Shown here: positions 36,383 through 47,737 of the stretch, piece by piece
How the letters are laid out: every line of letters begins with the position of its first letter
Position numbering within the stretch: the stretch's first letter is position 1
NCBI GenBank assembly: GCA_001661245.1
Contig: KV454012.1
Span: 1,600,418 to 1,664,417, forward strand
Source: Pachysolen tannophilus NRRL Y-2460
Taxonomy: Eukaryota
DNA length: 64,000 bases
Reading direction: 5' to 3'
The notes under the pieces: model-generated
Database searches by the model: none
Told to the model about the DNA's origin: nothing
The model's input: the letters and a program-made list of their open reading frames with translations, nothing else
Position numbers and translations under genes: made by a program

Positions 36383-37057
36383 TCAGACTCCTCTGTAACT
36401 TTTCTCCGCAGGTGGGTCTGGTGGTGGGACTGCCTGTGGTGGAGCACCAGGAGGTCTAGTATACTGAGGAGTGTTATTATAATACTCATTTGCAGTACTT
36501 CCTGAATCGTAGTAGTTATCTGCACTACCCACCGAGCTGCCCTTTGCAGGCCTTGAAGTTTGATAAGCTTGATCAGGATGTGCAACACCGCTGTCTCCAT
36601 AAGGTTTCTCGTTGTTTATGTTAGAATTTGGATAATCTTGATGAGGCTGCAGGTATGGATCAGCAGCCCCAGCTCCTGCAGCACCACCAGCAGCGTACCC
36701 TCCTCCTTCAACATCTCCTGGGCCAGCGCCAGAGCCAGGGCCAGCTCCTGCTTGCTGTGGAGGGGCCTGATTATAACCTGCATCTTGCTGCGTCTTCCAA
36801 GGAGTCCAATAAGCAACCGGAGCTGTACCATTAGCCCTTCTCTTTGCATTTTGCTTACCGACTACACGCAGACAAACAATAATAAATATAAAGATAGCAA
36901 CTGGGATAAGTAACAATAAGAATAACAACCATCTAAACCTATGGAAACCACCATTCCCATAATTACCGTATCCATAACCATTGTAAAAATATCTTTTCAT
37001 AAATTCTTCAGATTGGGGGTTGTTGTTCCCCATTGCATCAAGGTCAATTACAACCAT
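36383..37057 (-). CDS. Rcr1/Rcr2-like single-pass membrane protein
   Basis: RW followed by one TM helix, then KRR..G.AP...W and a Pro/Gly/Tyr-rich tail ending YTRPPGAPP. Confidence 0.65.
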   Translation of the reverse strand: MVVIDLDAMGNNNPQSEEFMKRYFYNGYGYGNYGNGGFHRFRWLLFLLLLIPVAIFIFIIVCLRVVGKQNAKRRANGTAPVAYWTPWKTQQDAGYNQAPPQQAGAGPGSGAGPGDVEGGGYAAGGAAGAGAADPYLQPHQDYPNSNINNEKPYGDSGVAHPDQAYQTSRPAKGSSVGSADNYYDSGSTANEYYNNTPQYTRPPGAPPQAVPPPDPPAEKSYRGV

Positions 37058-37702
37058 CTTTACACTAAATAGAAAAAGCAAAAAAAAAGAAAAACTATTA
37101 TTACAATTTTTACAATTAAAACCAAAAGAGATAATGAAAAAACTGGCTCTTAAATAAAGAGAAATAAAAGCAATTTGCGTTCGTTGAAGTTAAAGTTTAT
37201 AAAGAAAGTATAGGGAAAGAGCAAGCCAAGACAAAAGCCGTCAAGAAGACTATTCTAACTAGAAAGGGGTACAGAATAGCCCTAGTTTTATGGGGGTTAA
37301 AAAATAAAATTAAAAAAAGGTTAGTAGCCCCAGTGTTTCCTAATCGGGAATATGTCCCATTTTATGAAGCGAATAGGAAAAGATAGATTGTACCGTTCAT
37401 TGTTCGTTGACTTTTCACATCTTTTCAAGCCAATTAGACACCAGAAAAAGAGTCATATATAGAGGTTTGTCTTTTAGTTGTCTTTTATATTGAACTGGTT
37501 TTAAAAATTAGGGTATTAGCTAGACGAGTAAATTTTTTTTGTTTTTTTTTTTCTTTTTTTGTGCTTTTTTTTTCTCTAATTTCTCTATGGGAATTTCATT
37601 CAAGCACGTACTTTAATGGGCAAAAAAATTTCATAATTCACCTTTTGAATCTACACAGCTTCCTTAAATTCTTTATGGTATAGGGTTTAACTTAAAATAT
37701 AC

Positions 37703-39505
37703 ATGATAGCTAGGAGAGTATCGGCGACTTGTAGATTATTTAGAATGTTCAGCAGTAGCAGTAATAATAGCAGTGATAGCATTGGCACTAACAGTAGTAG
37801 ACCATCAAGTCCACCTTTACCAAATAAAAGAAGAACAGCTATAATAAGAGATGAGAATGGATTTAAGATCAAGAGGAATGCTATTGATTCGAAAAGTACA
37901 ACTGCTTTTGAACAATTAGGTGGTGGTAGCAACACTTATGATAAGACACTTTACGAGGAAGAAGTTGATAATTTTAAATATGTAATTGATGGTCCTTTAA
38001 GGAAAGTTCCTCCATATTTTTTCACATATTTAACTTTTTGTAAACTTCGCTGGATAGGTAAGAAACTTATTGATGTATTTGCAGATGAGTTTAGGTTATA
38101 CCCTCGAAGTTATTACGAGAAGACAATTAAATCAGGTAAGGTCACTATAAATAAAAAAGTTGCAGATATAGACACGGTTTTAAAAAATGGTGATTTAATC
38201 AGCCATAAAATCCATAGGCATGAACCACCAGTTACATCTGTTCCTATCAAAATAGTTTTCGAAGATGATGAAATAATTGTTATCGATAAGCCTTCAGGTA
38301 TTCCGGCACATCCTACAGGAAGATTTCGTTACAATACCGTGACAAAAGTAATGGAAAAAGAATACGGTAAAGTTGTTCATACTTGTAATAGATTGGATAG
38401 ATTAACTAGTGGATTGATGTTTTTAGGTAAAACAGCAGAAGCTACGGCAAAATTGGTTAATCAAATCAAATGTCGTGAAGTTTCAAAGAAATATATTGCA
38501 AGAGTTTATGGAAATTTTCCTTCTGAAGATTCGATAGAGTGTGATAAACCTTTAAGGACTGTTGAACCTAGGTTACTGTTAAATATAGTTGATGAAATTG
38601 AAGGTAAAGAAGCCAAAACAGTTTTCAGTAAAATAAGTTATGATAAAGAAACAAATACTAGTATAGTTTTGTGTAAACCATTAACGGGAAGAACTCATCA
38701 AATTAGAGTTCATCTACAATACTTAGGACATCCTATTGCCAATGACCCCTTATATTCAAGCCCTAAAATATGGGGGTCAAATTTTGGTAAAAATGCTGAT
38801 TATAAGATTGAAGAAGTCATAGAGAAATTAAATAAAATTGGAAAGACAGATACTGCAACTTCTTGGTTTTATCCCGATTCTGCAGGAGAATTATTAACAT
38901 CTGAAAATTGTGAAATATGTCAAATCCAACTATATTCTGACCCGGGTCCTAATGATTTGAATCTTTGGTTACATTCATTTGAATACGAATCTAACGTGAA
39001 AGATTCATGGTCATATAGAACTGAACTCCCTGATTGGGTTCTTCTGACTCATAAACCATTTATGGAATTGGCTCTTAAAGAAGCAAATAATTGTGCAGAA
39101 ACCAAAACTGCATTCAGCGTTGGGTGTGTTATCGTTGATAAAAATGGGGAAATTTTATCTACAGGCTATTCAAGAGAATTGCCAGGAAATACACATGCAG
39201 AACAATGTGCATTGGAGAAAATATATGAAAAAATCGGCAAACGACAGGTACCAAAAGGATCGGTTTTATACACAACCATGGAACCTTGTAGTGAAAGATT
39301 AAGTGGTAATTTACCTTGTCTGGATAGAATAATAGATGATGGTAACATTAAGACATGTTTTGTAGGAGTATTGGAACCTGATACTTTTATCAAGAAAAAT
39401 GTTGGTTACTCAAAGTTAAAAGAACATGGTCTCAATTATCTCAAGATTCCTGGTTATGAAGAAGAGTGCTTGAAAGTAGCGTTCAAAGGCCATGAAGATA
39501 AATGA
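37703..39505 (+). CDS. RIB2: Bifunctional tRNA pseudouridine-32 synthase / DRAP deaminase
   Basis: S4 domain, RluA motifs (DKPSGIP, NRLDRLTSG, TGRTHQIRVH) and deaminase motifs (HAEQC, TMEPC). Confidence 0.95.
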   Translation: MIARRVSATCRLFRMFSSSSNNSSDSIGTNSSRPSSPPLPNKRRTAIIRDENGFKIKRNAIDSKSTTAFEQLGGGSNTYDKTLYEEEVDNFKYVIDGPLRKVPPYFFTYLTFCKLRWIGKKLIDVFADEFRLYPRSYYEKTIKSGKVTINKKVADIDTVLKNGDLISHKIHRHEPPVTSVPIKIVFEDDEIIVIDKPSGIPAHPTGRFRYNTVTKVMEKEYGKVVHTCNRLDRLTSGLMFLGKTAEATAKLVNQIKCREVSKKYIARVYGNFPSEDSIECDKPLRTVEPRLLLNIVDEIEGKEAKTVFSKISYDKETNTSIVLCKPLTGRTHQIRVHLQYLGHPIANDPLYSSPKIWGSNFGKNADYKIEEVIEKLNKIGKTDTATSWFYPDSAGELLTSENCEICQIQLYSDPGPNDLNLWLHSFEYESNVKDSWSYRTELPDWVLLTHKPFMELALKEANNCAETKTAFSVGCVIVDKNGEILSTGYSRELPGNTHAEQCALEKIYEKIGKRQVPKGSVLYTTMEPCSERLSGNLPCLDRIIDDGNIKTCFVGVLEPDTFIKKNVGYSKLKEHGLNYLKIPGYEEECLKVAFKGHEDK

Positions 39506-39718
39506 GTAACTCAAATACATCTAAATCTTTATATATATATATATATTATATTTTACGTATTAATATATATTTTTTAAACTGAATTGTAAAATTTCTATTT
39601 GTACAAATATCTGCTTAGGGTGAAAAAATAAAAAATCTTGGTGATGGAAAATAGGTCCATAAATACTAACGATTTGTAATTATACTCAAAATTAAATAAA
39701 TATCTTGACGGCGAAGAA

Positions 39719-40539
39719 ATGTCATTGGTGGATGCGGCCGGAGAAGCACATAGTCTAGTGTCAAGGTTTCTTTCAACTGAGGTGCAAGATCTGAAATTGT
39801 TCAGTTCTACAAAGTTGCGAGTACTGGAGACTTTTAGCATCTTGAGAGAAGCCTTAGTGAAATATAAGTAAGTACACAGAATCGGAGTGTTAATTTTTTT
39901 TTTTTTATTTGTTTGTTTGTTTGAATCTTTGTAAGTTATTAACATGGTGGTTATAGTCTAGATGAATTGTCCATATCTTATAATGGTGGTAAAGACTGCC
40001 TTGTGATGTTGGTTATATTTCTCGCTGCGATATATGAAAAATTTGGGCAAGATATACCAGTGGATCGTTTAGACTCTGTTTTCATAAATACAGAAGAATA
40101 TTTCCCTGAAATCTCTGATTTCTTACAGCTTTCTATTGAAGAATATAAACTTCTGTTGGTCAATCTTCAAATACATGACTTAAAACAGGGATTTACCAAA
40201 TACTTAAACATGAAACCTAAGGTAAAAGCGATAATAGTCGGTATACGGAAAATTGATCCTTATGCCAAGGGTCTACAGTCTTTTCAAATCACAGATAACA
40301 ACTGGCCCAGGTTTATAAGAGTCAACCCTATCTTGAATTGGGAATATGATGAAATTTGGTTTTTCTTAAGAAAAAATAAGATCAAGTATTGTAAACTATA
40401 CGATTTAGGGTATACCTCAATAGGAGGTATACATAATACTATAAAGAACCCGTTATTACTAAAAGACGGAACGGAAGATGAATACTTTCCAGCTTATTGC
40501 TTGGAAGATAAAAGTAAAGAAAGGTTGAGTAGGATTTAA
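39719..40539 (+). CDS. FAD1: FAD synthetase; exons 39719-39867 and 39957-40539
   Basis: SYNGGKDC and GYTSIG. Intron GTAAGT..TATTAAC..TAG splices in frame to give KYNLDELSISYNGG. Confidence 0.92.
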
Positions 40540-40697
40540 TTTTTCAAAAAAAAATCTATATAATATATAAATATATATGTATATATTTTATATAGTTTAA
40601 AATAAGTGTCTATATGTAAAGAAAATTTATTTTATATTTTATAAATATATTTGATATCTTTTAATATAAATTATTAATAAATTAATCAAACGCAAAG

Positions 40698-41381
40698 ATG
40701 GATTATCAGAATAGAGTAGGCTCCAAAAAAGGTGCTGGTGGAATGGCATCAAATGACCAGGTTAATCTTCAAAGACATCAAAGAATTAAAAATATTCTTT
40801 TAAACTCATCATCTTTACAAAATGACCCATATTTGATAAAGAATAATCTTGGTCATTACGAATGCAAATTATGTTTAACTACACATGTTAATGAAGCTTC
40901 ATATATTTCTCATTCTCAAGGTAAGAAACATCAATTGAATTTGATTAAGAGGTCAAATTTGGATAATAAAAAAATCAAGTTAGATACAAATACGGGATTA
41001 TATCTTTTTAACAAAAATGGTAATAATGTAACAACAATACCAAAGAAACAATATGTGAAAATAGGGAAACCGATTTATAAAGTAACGAAAACAAGAGATC
41101 CATTAACTTTACAATTAGGATTATCTATAGTAGTGAACTATTCTAATACAAAGGGGAAAATTGGTGTTGGTAAACCTTTATATAGAATAATGTCATCATT
41201 TGAACAAAATAAAGAAGCTGAAAAATTTGAGAATAAAAATTTCAAATATTTAATATTGCATTATGAACCATTTGAAAATATTTGTTTCAAAGTACCAAAT
41301 TTAAAAATTGATGATATTTGGGATTTTTACGATGTTGATTTAAAAGAGTATTATATTCAGATACTGTATTCCAGTTCATAA
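40698..41381 (+). CDS. PRP11: SF3a subunit Prp11/SF3A2
   Basis: MDYQNRVGSKKG and U1-type zinc finger ECKLCLTTH..SH..GKKH. Confidence 0.93.
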   Translation: MDYQNRVGSKKGAGGMASNDQVNLQRHQRIKNILLNSSSLQNDPYLIKNNLGHYECKLCLTTHVNEASYISHSQGKKHQLNLIKRSNLDNKKIKLDTNTGLYLFNKNGNNVTTIPKKQYVKIGKPIYKVTKTRDPLTLQLGLSIVVNYSNTKGKIGVGKPLYRIMSSFEQNKEAEKFENKNFKYLILHYEPFENICFKVPNLKIDDIWDFYDVDLKEYYIQILYSSS

Positions 41382-41513
41382 TATAGCTAATACAAAACAA
41401 AACAAAAAACAAAAAATTGAACTCCGAAATTAAATTAAAAATAAAAAAAGAAAAAAAAAAGCATTCTTCAACTGTATATAGTTTTATTGTACAATAAAAT
41501 TAGATTTTATGGA

Positions 41514-42875
41514 TTAAAATTTTTTATTCATTTCGTTTAAATACAATCTAATATGATTGTTTAATTTTGAAATTTCCAAGTTAATTTCTTTCAATTCTTC
41601 ATCAAATTTAAAGTTTAAATCATCAATTTTATTTTCATATGATGAAATTGTATTTTTTTTATTAATTAAATTTTGTTCATCCAAATTTCTTTCTGTTAAT
41701 AATGTTGTATATTCTTTATGTAAATTTTCAATATTTTTATTAAAATTTTTTTGTTTTTCTGTTGATTGTAATTTTAATTTTTCAATTTTTTCATTATTAT
41801 TTTTCAATTTTCTATTTAATTGTTCAAAATTTCTGTTTAAATTATTTAAATTAATTTTTTTCTCTTCAATAATTTCTTTATATTTTACTAATTTTGAATT
41901 TGTTTGATTTTTTTTACTTATTTCAATTTGAATATCTTCTAAATTTTTATTAAAATTTTTAAAATCTTGTTGTAAAAAATTAAATGAATCTATTGTAATT
42001 GATAAATTTCTTGATTTTTTTTCTAAATTTTCTAAAATTTTTGAATTTGTTTCAATTGAATTATTTAAATCACAATTAATTTTTGCTACTATATCAGGTT
42101 TTTCAATTACATAATTTTTTAAATTATTTAATTGTTTTTCATTTTCTAATAATAAATATGAATTATTTTCATAATTTTTTAATAAATTTTTCTTTTCAGT
42201 TTTATAATTATCATGTTGTAAAGTTAAAGATTCTTGAGTTTTTTTCAAATTTTTTAATTCCAGTTCTAAATCTGAATTCAATTGATTTAATTTATCTAAA
42301 TTATTTTGCATTATATTTGATTTAATTGAATTAATTTTATCTTTTAAATTTAAATTAACTTGAACTAATTTTTCATATTCTCCTAATATATCACGATTTA
42401 ATTTATTAAATTTTTCAATTATAAATTTATGTTCTTCTCTAAAACGTGCAAAATTAACAATACAACTTAAAATCCTTCTAACCCTTATTGGATCAGGCTT
42501 AACAATATCCATAATATTAAAATCATCAATACCACATTCATTTAAAAATCTATAAATTATTTTTTGTAAACCAATAATATTTAAAGATTCATTAAATGTT
42601 GACTGATCATCTTCTAAACGATTCATAATATTATATAATTTCAAATCATTAATATTTAAAAAAGTATCTGCAATTTGTGAAAATAATGTTAACATATATT
42701 GTTGTGTTGGTTTCATCAATAATTCTTCAGAACAAGTAAAAGAACAACTTTCTAAACAAACAACAATTTCCTTTAAATCTAAAAGCGGGAAAGGATCATT
42801 GTTCCGCTGATGGCGAACTGATGAAGGCGTATTCAGAGCAGACGAAGACTTAAATATAGAGCTTTGCCGCGACAT
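41514..42875 (-). CDS. NUF2: Ndc80 complex subunit Nuf2
   Basis: FPLLD..EIV.CL, KP..RVRRILSCIVNFARFREE and a long coiled coil. Confidence 0.9.
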   Translation of the reverse strand: MSRQSSIFKSSSALNTPSSVRHQRNNDPFPLLDLKEIVVCLESCSFTCSEELLMKPTQQYMLTLFSQIADTFLNINDLKLYNIMNRLEDDQSTFNESLNIIGLQKIIYRFLNECGIDDFNIMDIVKPDPIRVRRILSCIVNFARFREEHKFIIEKFNKLNRDILGEYEKLVQVNLNLKDKINSIKSNIMQNNLDKLNQLNSDLELELKNLKKTQESLTLQHDNYKTEKKNLLKNYENNSYLLLENEKQLNNLKNYVIEKPDIVAKINCDLNNSIETNSKILENLEKKSRNLSITIDSFNFLQQDFKNFNKNLEDIQIEISKKNQTNSKLVKYKEIIEEKKINLNNLNRNFEQLNRKLKNNNEKIEKLKLQSTEKQKNFNKNIENLHKEYTTLLTERNLDEQNLINKKNTISSYENKIDDLNFKFDEELKEINLEISKLNNHIRLYLNEMNKKF

Positions 42876-42924
42876 GATCAATACCACAATTCAATAAATT
42901 AATATTCAATAACTCAAATAGATG

Positions 42925-42962
<38 letters not shown>

Positions 42963-42985
42963 TATAAAAGTTGTTTTGTTTTGTT

Positions 42986-43268
42986 TTTGTTTACGTTTTT
43001 TCAATTTGTTTAAGGAAACGAGAAACGAAAAAAAACAAAATTGCCTAATACGGAAAGTATATGTCCAAATCAAGTGTTTTAACACTTGAGTTACCGTTTA
43101 CGGGAGTTGTACACTTAAATAGTACTTCTATTACCGGATTAGGTTACTTTTTGCTTTTTTTAAAAAAAACCCGCTAAACTTCCTGATATAGTAATTACCG
43201 AGTTTGGACTTTTGTTTTGCGGTTTTCATTTTTTTTTTGCTTTTTTTTCCTTTTTTACCGACTTTGGG
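42986..43268. promoter_or_regulatory. Forkhead site plus cluster of Mcm1-type CC-N6-GG boxes (NUF2/SDH5 divergent promoter)
   Basis: TTTGTTTAC at 42986; TT(A/G)CC-N6-GG starting at 43041, 43091, 43131, 43195 and 43255. Confidence 0.55.
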
Positions 43269-43387
43269 GACCGAGAAAAATCATTAATAATACAAAATTC
43301 TATAAATTCTTATTGATCTTATAAATATATTTTCTAAGTTTTATATATTTTGTACAAATATAAACATACAGAAGTTATTATCAAAAT

Positions 43388-43870
43388 ATGAATATGATTA
43401 GACAATCATCAAGTCTTGGTTTAAAAGCTGTTTCCAGTAATAGATTTTTCAGTGTTTGTAGTCGTTCTCTTCTTGCTGAGCCAACACTTGATAAATTTTT
43501 CACATCAGATGGCAAATTAAAAGATGCAGAAGTTGTTATTAAGATCGATCCAATACCAAGACCAAATGAACCGATTGAAACAAAGAGGAAAAGATTGTTG
43601 TATCAATCAAGGAAAAGAGGTATATTAGAGAGTGATTTACTCTTGTCGAGATTTGCCAAGAAATATTTGAATGATATGACTTTGGAAGAAATGGTTGAAT
43701 ATGATCAGTTATTAGATGAAACTGATTGGGATATTTATTATTGGGCAACAAGAAATTACGATGTTACTCCTTTACCTGAACAATGGAAAAATTCTAAAAT
43801 CTTGTCTAGACTTCAAGAAATGAGTGAAAATAAGGAAAAGGAAGTTTTAAGAATGCCGGAGTTGGATTAA
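43388..43870 (+). CDS. SDH5: SDH assembly factor 2
   Basis: [20 protein letters not shown] and DWDIYYWAT. Confidence 0.95.
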   Translation: MNMIRQSSSLGLKAVSSNRFFSVCSRSLLAEPTLDKFFTSDGKLKDAEVVIKIDPIPRPNEPIETKRKRLLYQSRKRGILESDLLLSRFAKKYLNDMTLEEMVEYDQLLDETDWDIYYWATRNYDVTPLPEQWKNSKILSRLQEMSENKEKEVLRMPELD

Positions 43871-44262
43871 ACGTATATACTTGAATTGTTGTTGTTGTTG
43901 TTTTTTTCCTTGCTTTTCTGTTATACATTTTTATTTTCTTTCTTCTATTTTGTGAATAAATGCATTTTATACAGTTTTATAATTCTATAGTTGTACAGTT
44001 CTATAGTTGTGCTCTCCGTTATCACCATCTATTAAACCGAGGTCGTGTGCCTGGAAATTAAATGTAATTTTTCGGCTTTTTTTTCTTTTCAGGTAATTTT
44101 ATTAAATTAACCAAAAATTAAAGAAATATGAGTTTAGTTTCCCCTAGATAATTAACAAATTAATTATTTTGTTTTCTTTACTTTTTCTTTTTTTTTATAG
44201 AAAGAAGAAAGATAATATTTTGTGGAAAGAATTTGGATATTGAATTTTTGAGAAATATTGTC

Positions 44263-45438
44263 ATGGATAATTATTTGAATTTGGATAGTGGTAATCAAAT
44301 TGATAATAACAATTATAACTATAACTATAATTATACCAGTTATAACAAGAATAATAATAATAATAATAGGGACTCAACTCCTACGAATTTAAGTTCAACA
44401 ATAAATGAATCCGATTTATTGGATTTTGCAAATACGTTGGATGAGTTTGTACCTTCACCGCAACATACACAATCACATCAGCGGAGCCGAGACCAAGAAA
44501 TAAATTCAAATTTTGATCAATTATCCTCGCCTTCATCTTTAAACGGTAACCTGAATTTCCATAGTCCACAACAGATAACTGCTTCTACATCTCTGAATAT
44601 TAGAAAGTCTTTATCGAAGGCAATGAATAGGAAGGATTCAATTAAAGATGAGGGAAGTTTGTCGAAATCAGTAGGTGCTGGAAATGGAAACGGTGTTACA
44701 AGCGGCACGGGAAGCGGTACAGGAAGTGGTACAGGAAGTGGTAACGCAAGTGGAACAGAATCTTTAAGACGTAATTCGTCCTTATCGCATAATAATAATA
44801 ATAATAATAATGTAACTTCTGTGGAAAGAAAAAGAAGAGATAATATCAATGATAAAATTCAAGAATTACTCCTGTTAATTCCAGACACTGTATTTAAAGA
44901 TGCAAATGATAAATCAACAGGTACAAAAGATGGGAAACCTAATAAGGGTCAAATATTAACAAAATCTGTAGAATATATTCAATTTTTACAAAATGAAATC
45001 GATGCCAAAAATAGAAAAGAAGTTGAACTTATCTATAATTTGAAAAAATTAAATCTTACAAATGATAATAATGAATTCGATCACACAAGTGCAGAAATTG
45101 GACTAGGAAGAATAGGTGTAGGTCCATTTGCACATTTACAAAAAGAAGAAGCAAAGCAAAAATGGGCCCAAAATCCTCATTTAAGACAAGAACCAGAAGA
45201 AACTTCATTATCTCCAGCTTCTACATACCATGGAATAAACAGTAATAATCAATCAAATAATTCCCCATCTATAATAACAAGTCCCCCAAATGATAATAGG
45301 AATGAAAATAATAATATAACTCCAAATTTCGATGATTTCACAACATTCGACGAATTCGGAGGAGAACAAATAGATTTAAAAGGTGAATTTAATGATACTG
45401 GTAAAAATAATGGTGAATTTGAAAATTTTGAATTTTAA
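44263..45438 (+). CDS. RTG1: bHLH-Zip retrograde transcription factor Rtg1
   Basis: ERKRRDNINDKIQELL...TGTKDGKPNKGQILTKSVEYI..NRKEVEL. Confidence 0.88.
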   Translation: MDNYLNLDSGNQIDNNNYNYNYNYTSYNKNNNNNNRDSTPTNLSSTINESDLLDFANTLDEFVPSPQHTQSHQRSRDQEINSNFDQLSSPSSLNGNLNFHSPQQITASTSLNIRKSLSKAMNRKDSIKDEGSLSKSVGAGNGNGVTSGTGSGTGSGTGSGNASGTESLRRNSSLSHNNNNNNNVTSVERKRRDNINDKIQELLLLIPDTVFKDANDKSTGTKDGKPNKGQILTKSVEYIQFLQNEIDAKNRKEVELIYNLKKLNLTNDNNEFDHTSAEIGLGRIGVGPFAHLQKEEAKQKWAQNPHLRQEPEETSLSPASTYHGINSNNQSNNSPSIITSPPNDNRNENNNITPNFDDFTTFDEFGGEQIDLKGEFNDTGKNNGEFENFEF

Positions 45439-45918
45439 AGGGGAAATTTAATTTAAATGTGTTTGAATTTTTTTTTTTTTTTTTTCTTTTTGTCTAAAGA
45501 GTTTTTGATATTGTATGGTATAATATTTTTTTTTTTTTTTTTTTTTTTTTTGAAACTTGGTGGAGAGTTAAATGGCAGTTATGAATATCTAAGGAAATAG
45601 CTTTTCTACTTTACACTTTAGTTATTGCTTCTTATCAATCATCAATTGAATATATAAAAAATATAGCTTAATGACTTTTCCTGTATTTTAAAGTAATTTG
45701 TTGGTAGTGCGCGGAAACCCTGAAAATTTGTATGGTTGAAAAACGCGTTGAAAAGAAAGAAAGAAAAAAAAAATTTCTAACAGGTAAAAAGGCAAGATGA
45801 ACGACAGCTTTACATTTTAAATACATTTATATATATATATCAATTTATTAAAATTCTATATATATTTATATATTTATATTTATATATATATATATATTTC
45901 CATTTATAGAATCAGATC

Positions 45919-47583
45919 ATGAGTTTTGGAGGTCAGACGCCAACGATTGTTGTGTTGAAAGAAGGAACAGATTCTTCTCAAGGTAGAGGTCAGATCATAT
46001 CCAATATAAATGCTTGTATTGCAATTCAAGATACAGTAAGGTCAACTTTAGGTCCATTAGGATCGGACCTTTTAATAGTTGATGGTAATGGTAAGACCAC
46101 AATATCGAATGATGGTGCAACAATCTTGAAGTTGTTGGATGTTGTTCATCCAGCCGCCAAGGTTTTGGTTGATATTTCGATATCTCAAGATGCAGAAGTT
46201 GGTGATGGTACTACTTCAGTTACATTATTAGCGGGTGAATTTTTAAAAGAAAGTAAAAATTTTATTGAAGAAGGAATTTCATCTTATGTTGTCACTAAAG
46301 CTATTAGAAAAGCAAGTTTATTAGCTGTGAGTAGAATAAAAGAATTGGCTGTTGAAATTTCTAAAAAAAATACAAATGAGCTTGAATATAGGGAATTATT
46401 AGAAAGATGCGCCAAAACTGCAATGTCATCTAAATTAGTTAGTAAAAATTCAGAATTTTTCACAAAGATGGTTGTTGATGCTGTTTTATCTTTAGATCAA
46501 GAAGATTTAAATGAAAATTTGATTGGTATTAAAAAAATTCCAGGTGGTTCAATGGAAGAATCTTTATTTGTAGATGGTGTTGCTTTTAAAAAAACATTTT
46601 CATATGCTGGTTTTGAACAACAACCAAAAAATTTTAAAAATCCAAAAATTTTAAATTTAAATGTTGAATTAGAATTAAAAGCTGAAAAGGATAATGCCGA
46701 AGTTAGAGTTGAACATGTTGCTGATTATCAATCAATTGTTGATGCAGAATGGAAAATCATATTAAATAAATTACAAAATATTGAAAATACAGGTGCTAAT
46801 ATTGTTTTATCCAAATTACCAATTGGTGATTTGGCAACTCAATATTTTGCTGATAGAAATATTTTTTGTGCTGGTAGAGTGGCATCTGAAGATATGGATA
46901 GAGTTATTCAAGCAGTTGGTGGTTCAATTCAATCTACTACAACTGATATTAAAGAAGAACATTTAGGTACTTGTGCCACTTTTGAAGAAGTTCAAATAGG
47001 TGGTGAACGTTTTAATTTGTTTAAAGGTTGTCCAGAAGCTAAAACTTGTACTTTAATTTTAAGAGGTGGTGCAAACCAAGTAATAGCAGAAGTTGAAAGA
47101 TCATTACATGATGCAATAATGATTGTTAAAAGAGCAGTTAAGAATAGCTTTGTTGTTGCAGGTGGAGGTGCTATAGAGATGGAAATTTCAAAATATTTAA
47201 GAGATTATTCAAAAACTATACCTGGTAAACAGCAATTGATTATAGCTGCATTTGCTAAAGCTTTAGAAATTATTCCAAGACAATTATGTGAAAATGCTGG
47301 TTTCGATGGAACAGATTTGTTAAATAAGTTAAGATCTGCCCATGCAAGAGGTGAAAAATGGTACGGTATTGATTTCACTGAAGAATCAATAAGTGATAAC
47401 ATGGAGAAATTTGTATGGGAACCTTCTTTGGTTAAGATAAATGCAATTCAAAGTGCTGCAGAAGCTGCTGAATTAATTTTATCAATTGATGAGACTATTA
47501 AAAATCAAGATAGTGCTCCTGCTAATGCAAGTGTTGCTGCTGGAGGTCTGGCTCCAGGTAGAGGAAGAGGAATTCCGCGTTGA
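45919..47583 (+). CDS. CCT7: Chaperonin CCT eta subunit
   Basis: [36 protein letters not shown]. Confidence 0.96.
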   Translation: MSFGGQTPTIVVLKEGTDSSQGRGQIISNINACIAIQDTVRSTLGPLGSDLLIVDGNGKTTISNDGATILKLLDVVHPAAKVLVDISISQDAEVGDGTTSVTLLAGEFLKESKNFIEEGISSYVVTKAIRKASLLAVSRIKELAVEISKKNTNELEYRELLERCAKTAMSSKLVSKNSEFFTKMVVDAVLSLDQEDLNENLIGIKKIPGGSMEESLFVDGVAFKKTFSYAGFEQQPKNFKNPKILNLNVELELKAEKDNAEVRVEHVADYQSIVDAEWKIILNKLQNIENTGANIVLSKLPIGDLATQYFADRNIFCAGRVASEDMDRVIQAVGGSIQSTTTDIKEEHLGTCATFEEVQIGGERFNLFKGCPEAKTCTLILRGGANQVIAEVERSLHDAIMIVKRAVKNSFVVAGGGAIEMEISKYLRDYSKTIPGKQQLIIAAFAKALEIIPRQLCENAGFDGTDLLNKLRSAHARGEKWYGIDFTEESISDNMEKFVWEPSLVKINAIQSAAEAAELILSIDETIKNQDSAPANASVAAGGLAPGRGRGIPR

Positions 47584-47737
47584 TTTTTGATTAATGGTTT
47601 TAACTTTACATTTATTTTTTTATTTTTTTTTCCTCGTTCTTGATAAAAGCAATATTGTATAGTTCTTACTCAAAAAAAAAAAAAAGAAAAAAAAATAATA
47701 ATAACCAAATTTATTTAATAATATACATCTAACATCT

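Noticed and set aside
39644..39679. ATG plus TACTAAC upstream of FAD1 as an extra exon or intron
   Set aside because: The frame stops after 11 codons and there is no credible 5' splice site. At most it is a uORF.
44093..44200. Possible RTG1 5'-UTR intron (GTAATT..AATTAAC..TAG)
   Set aside because: Donor and branch point are too degenerate to call without RNA data.
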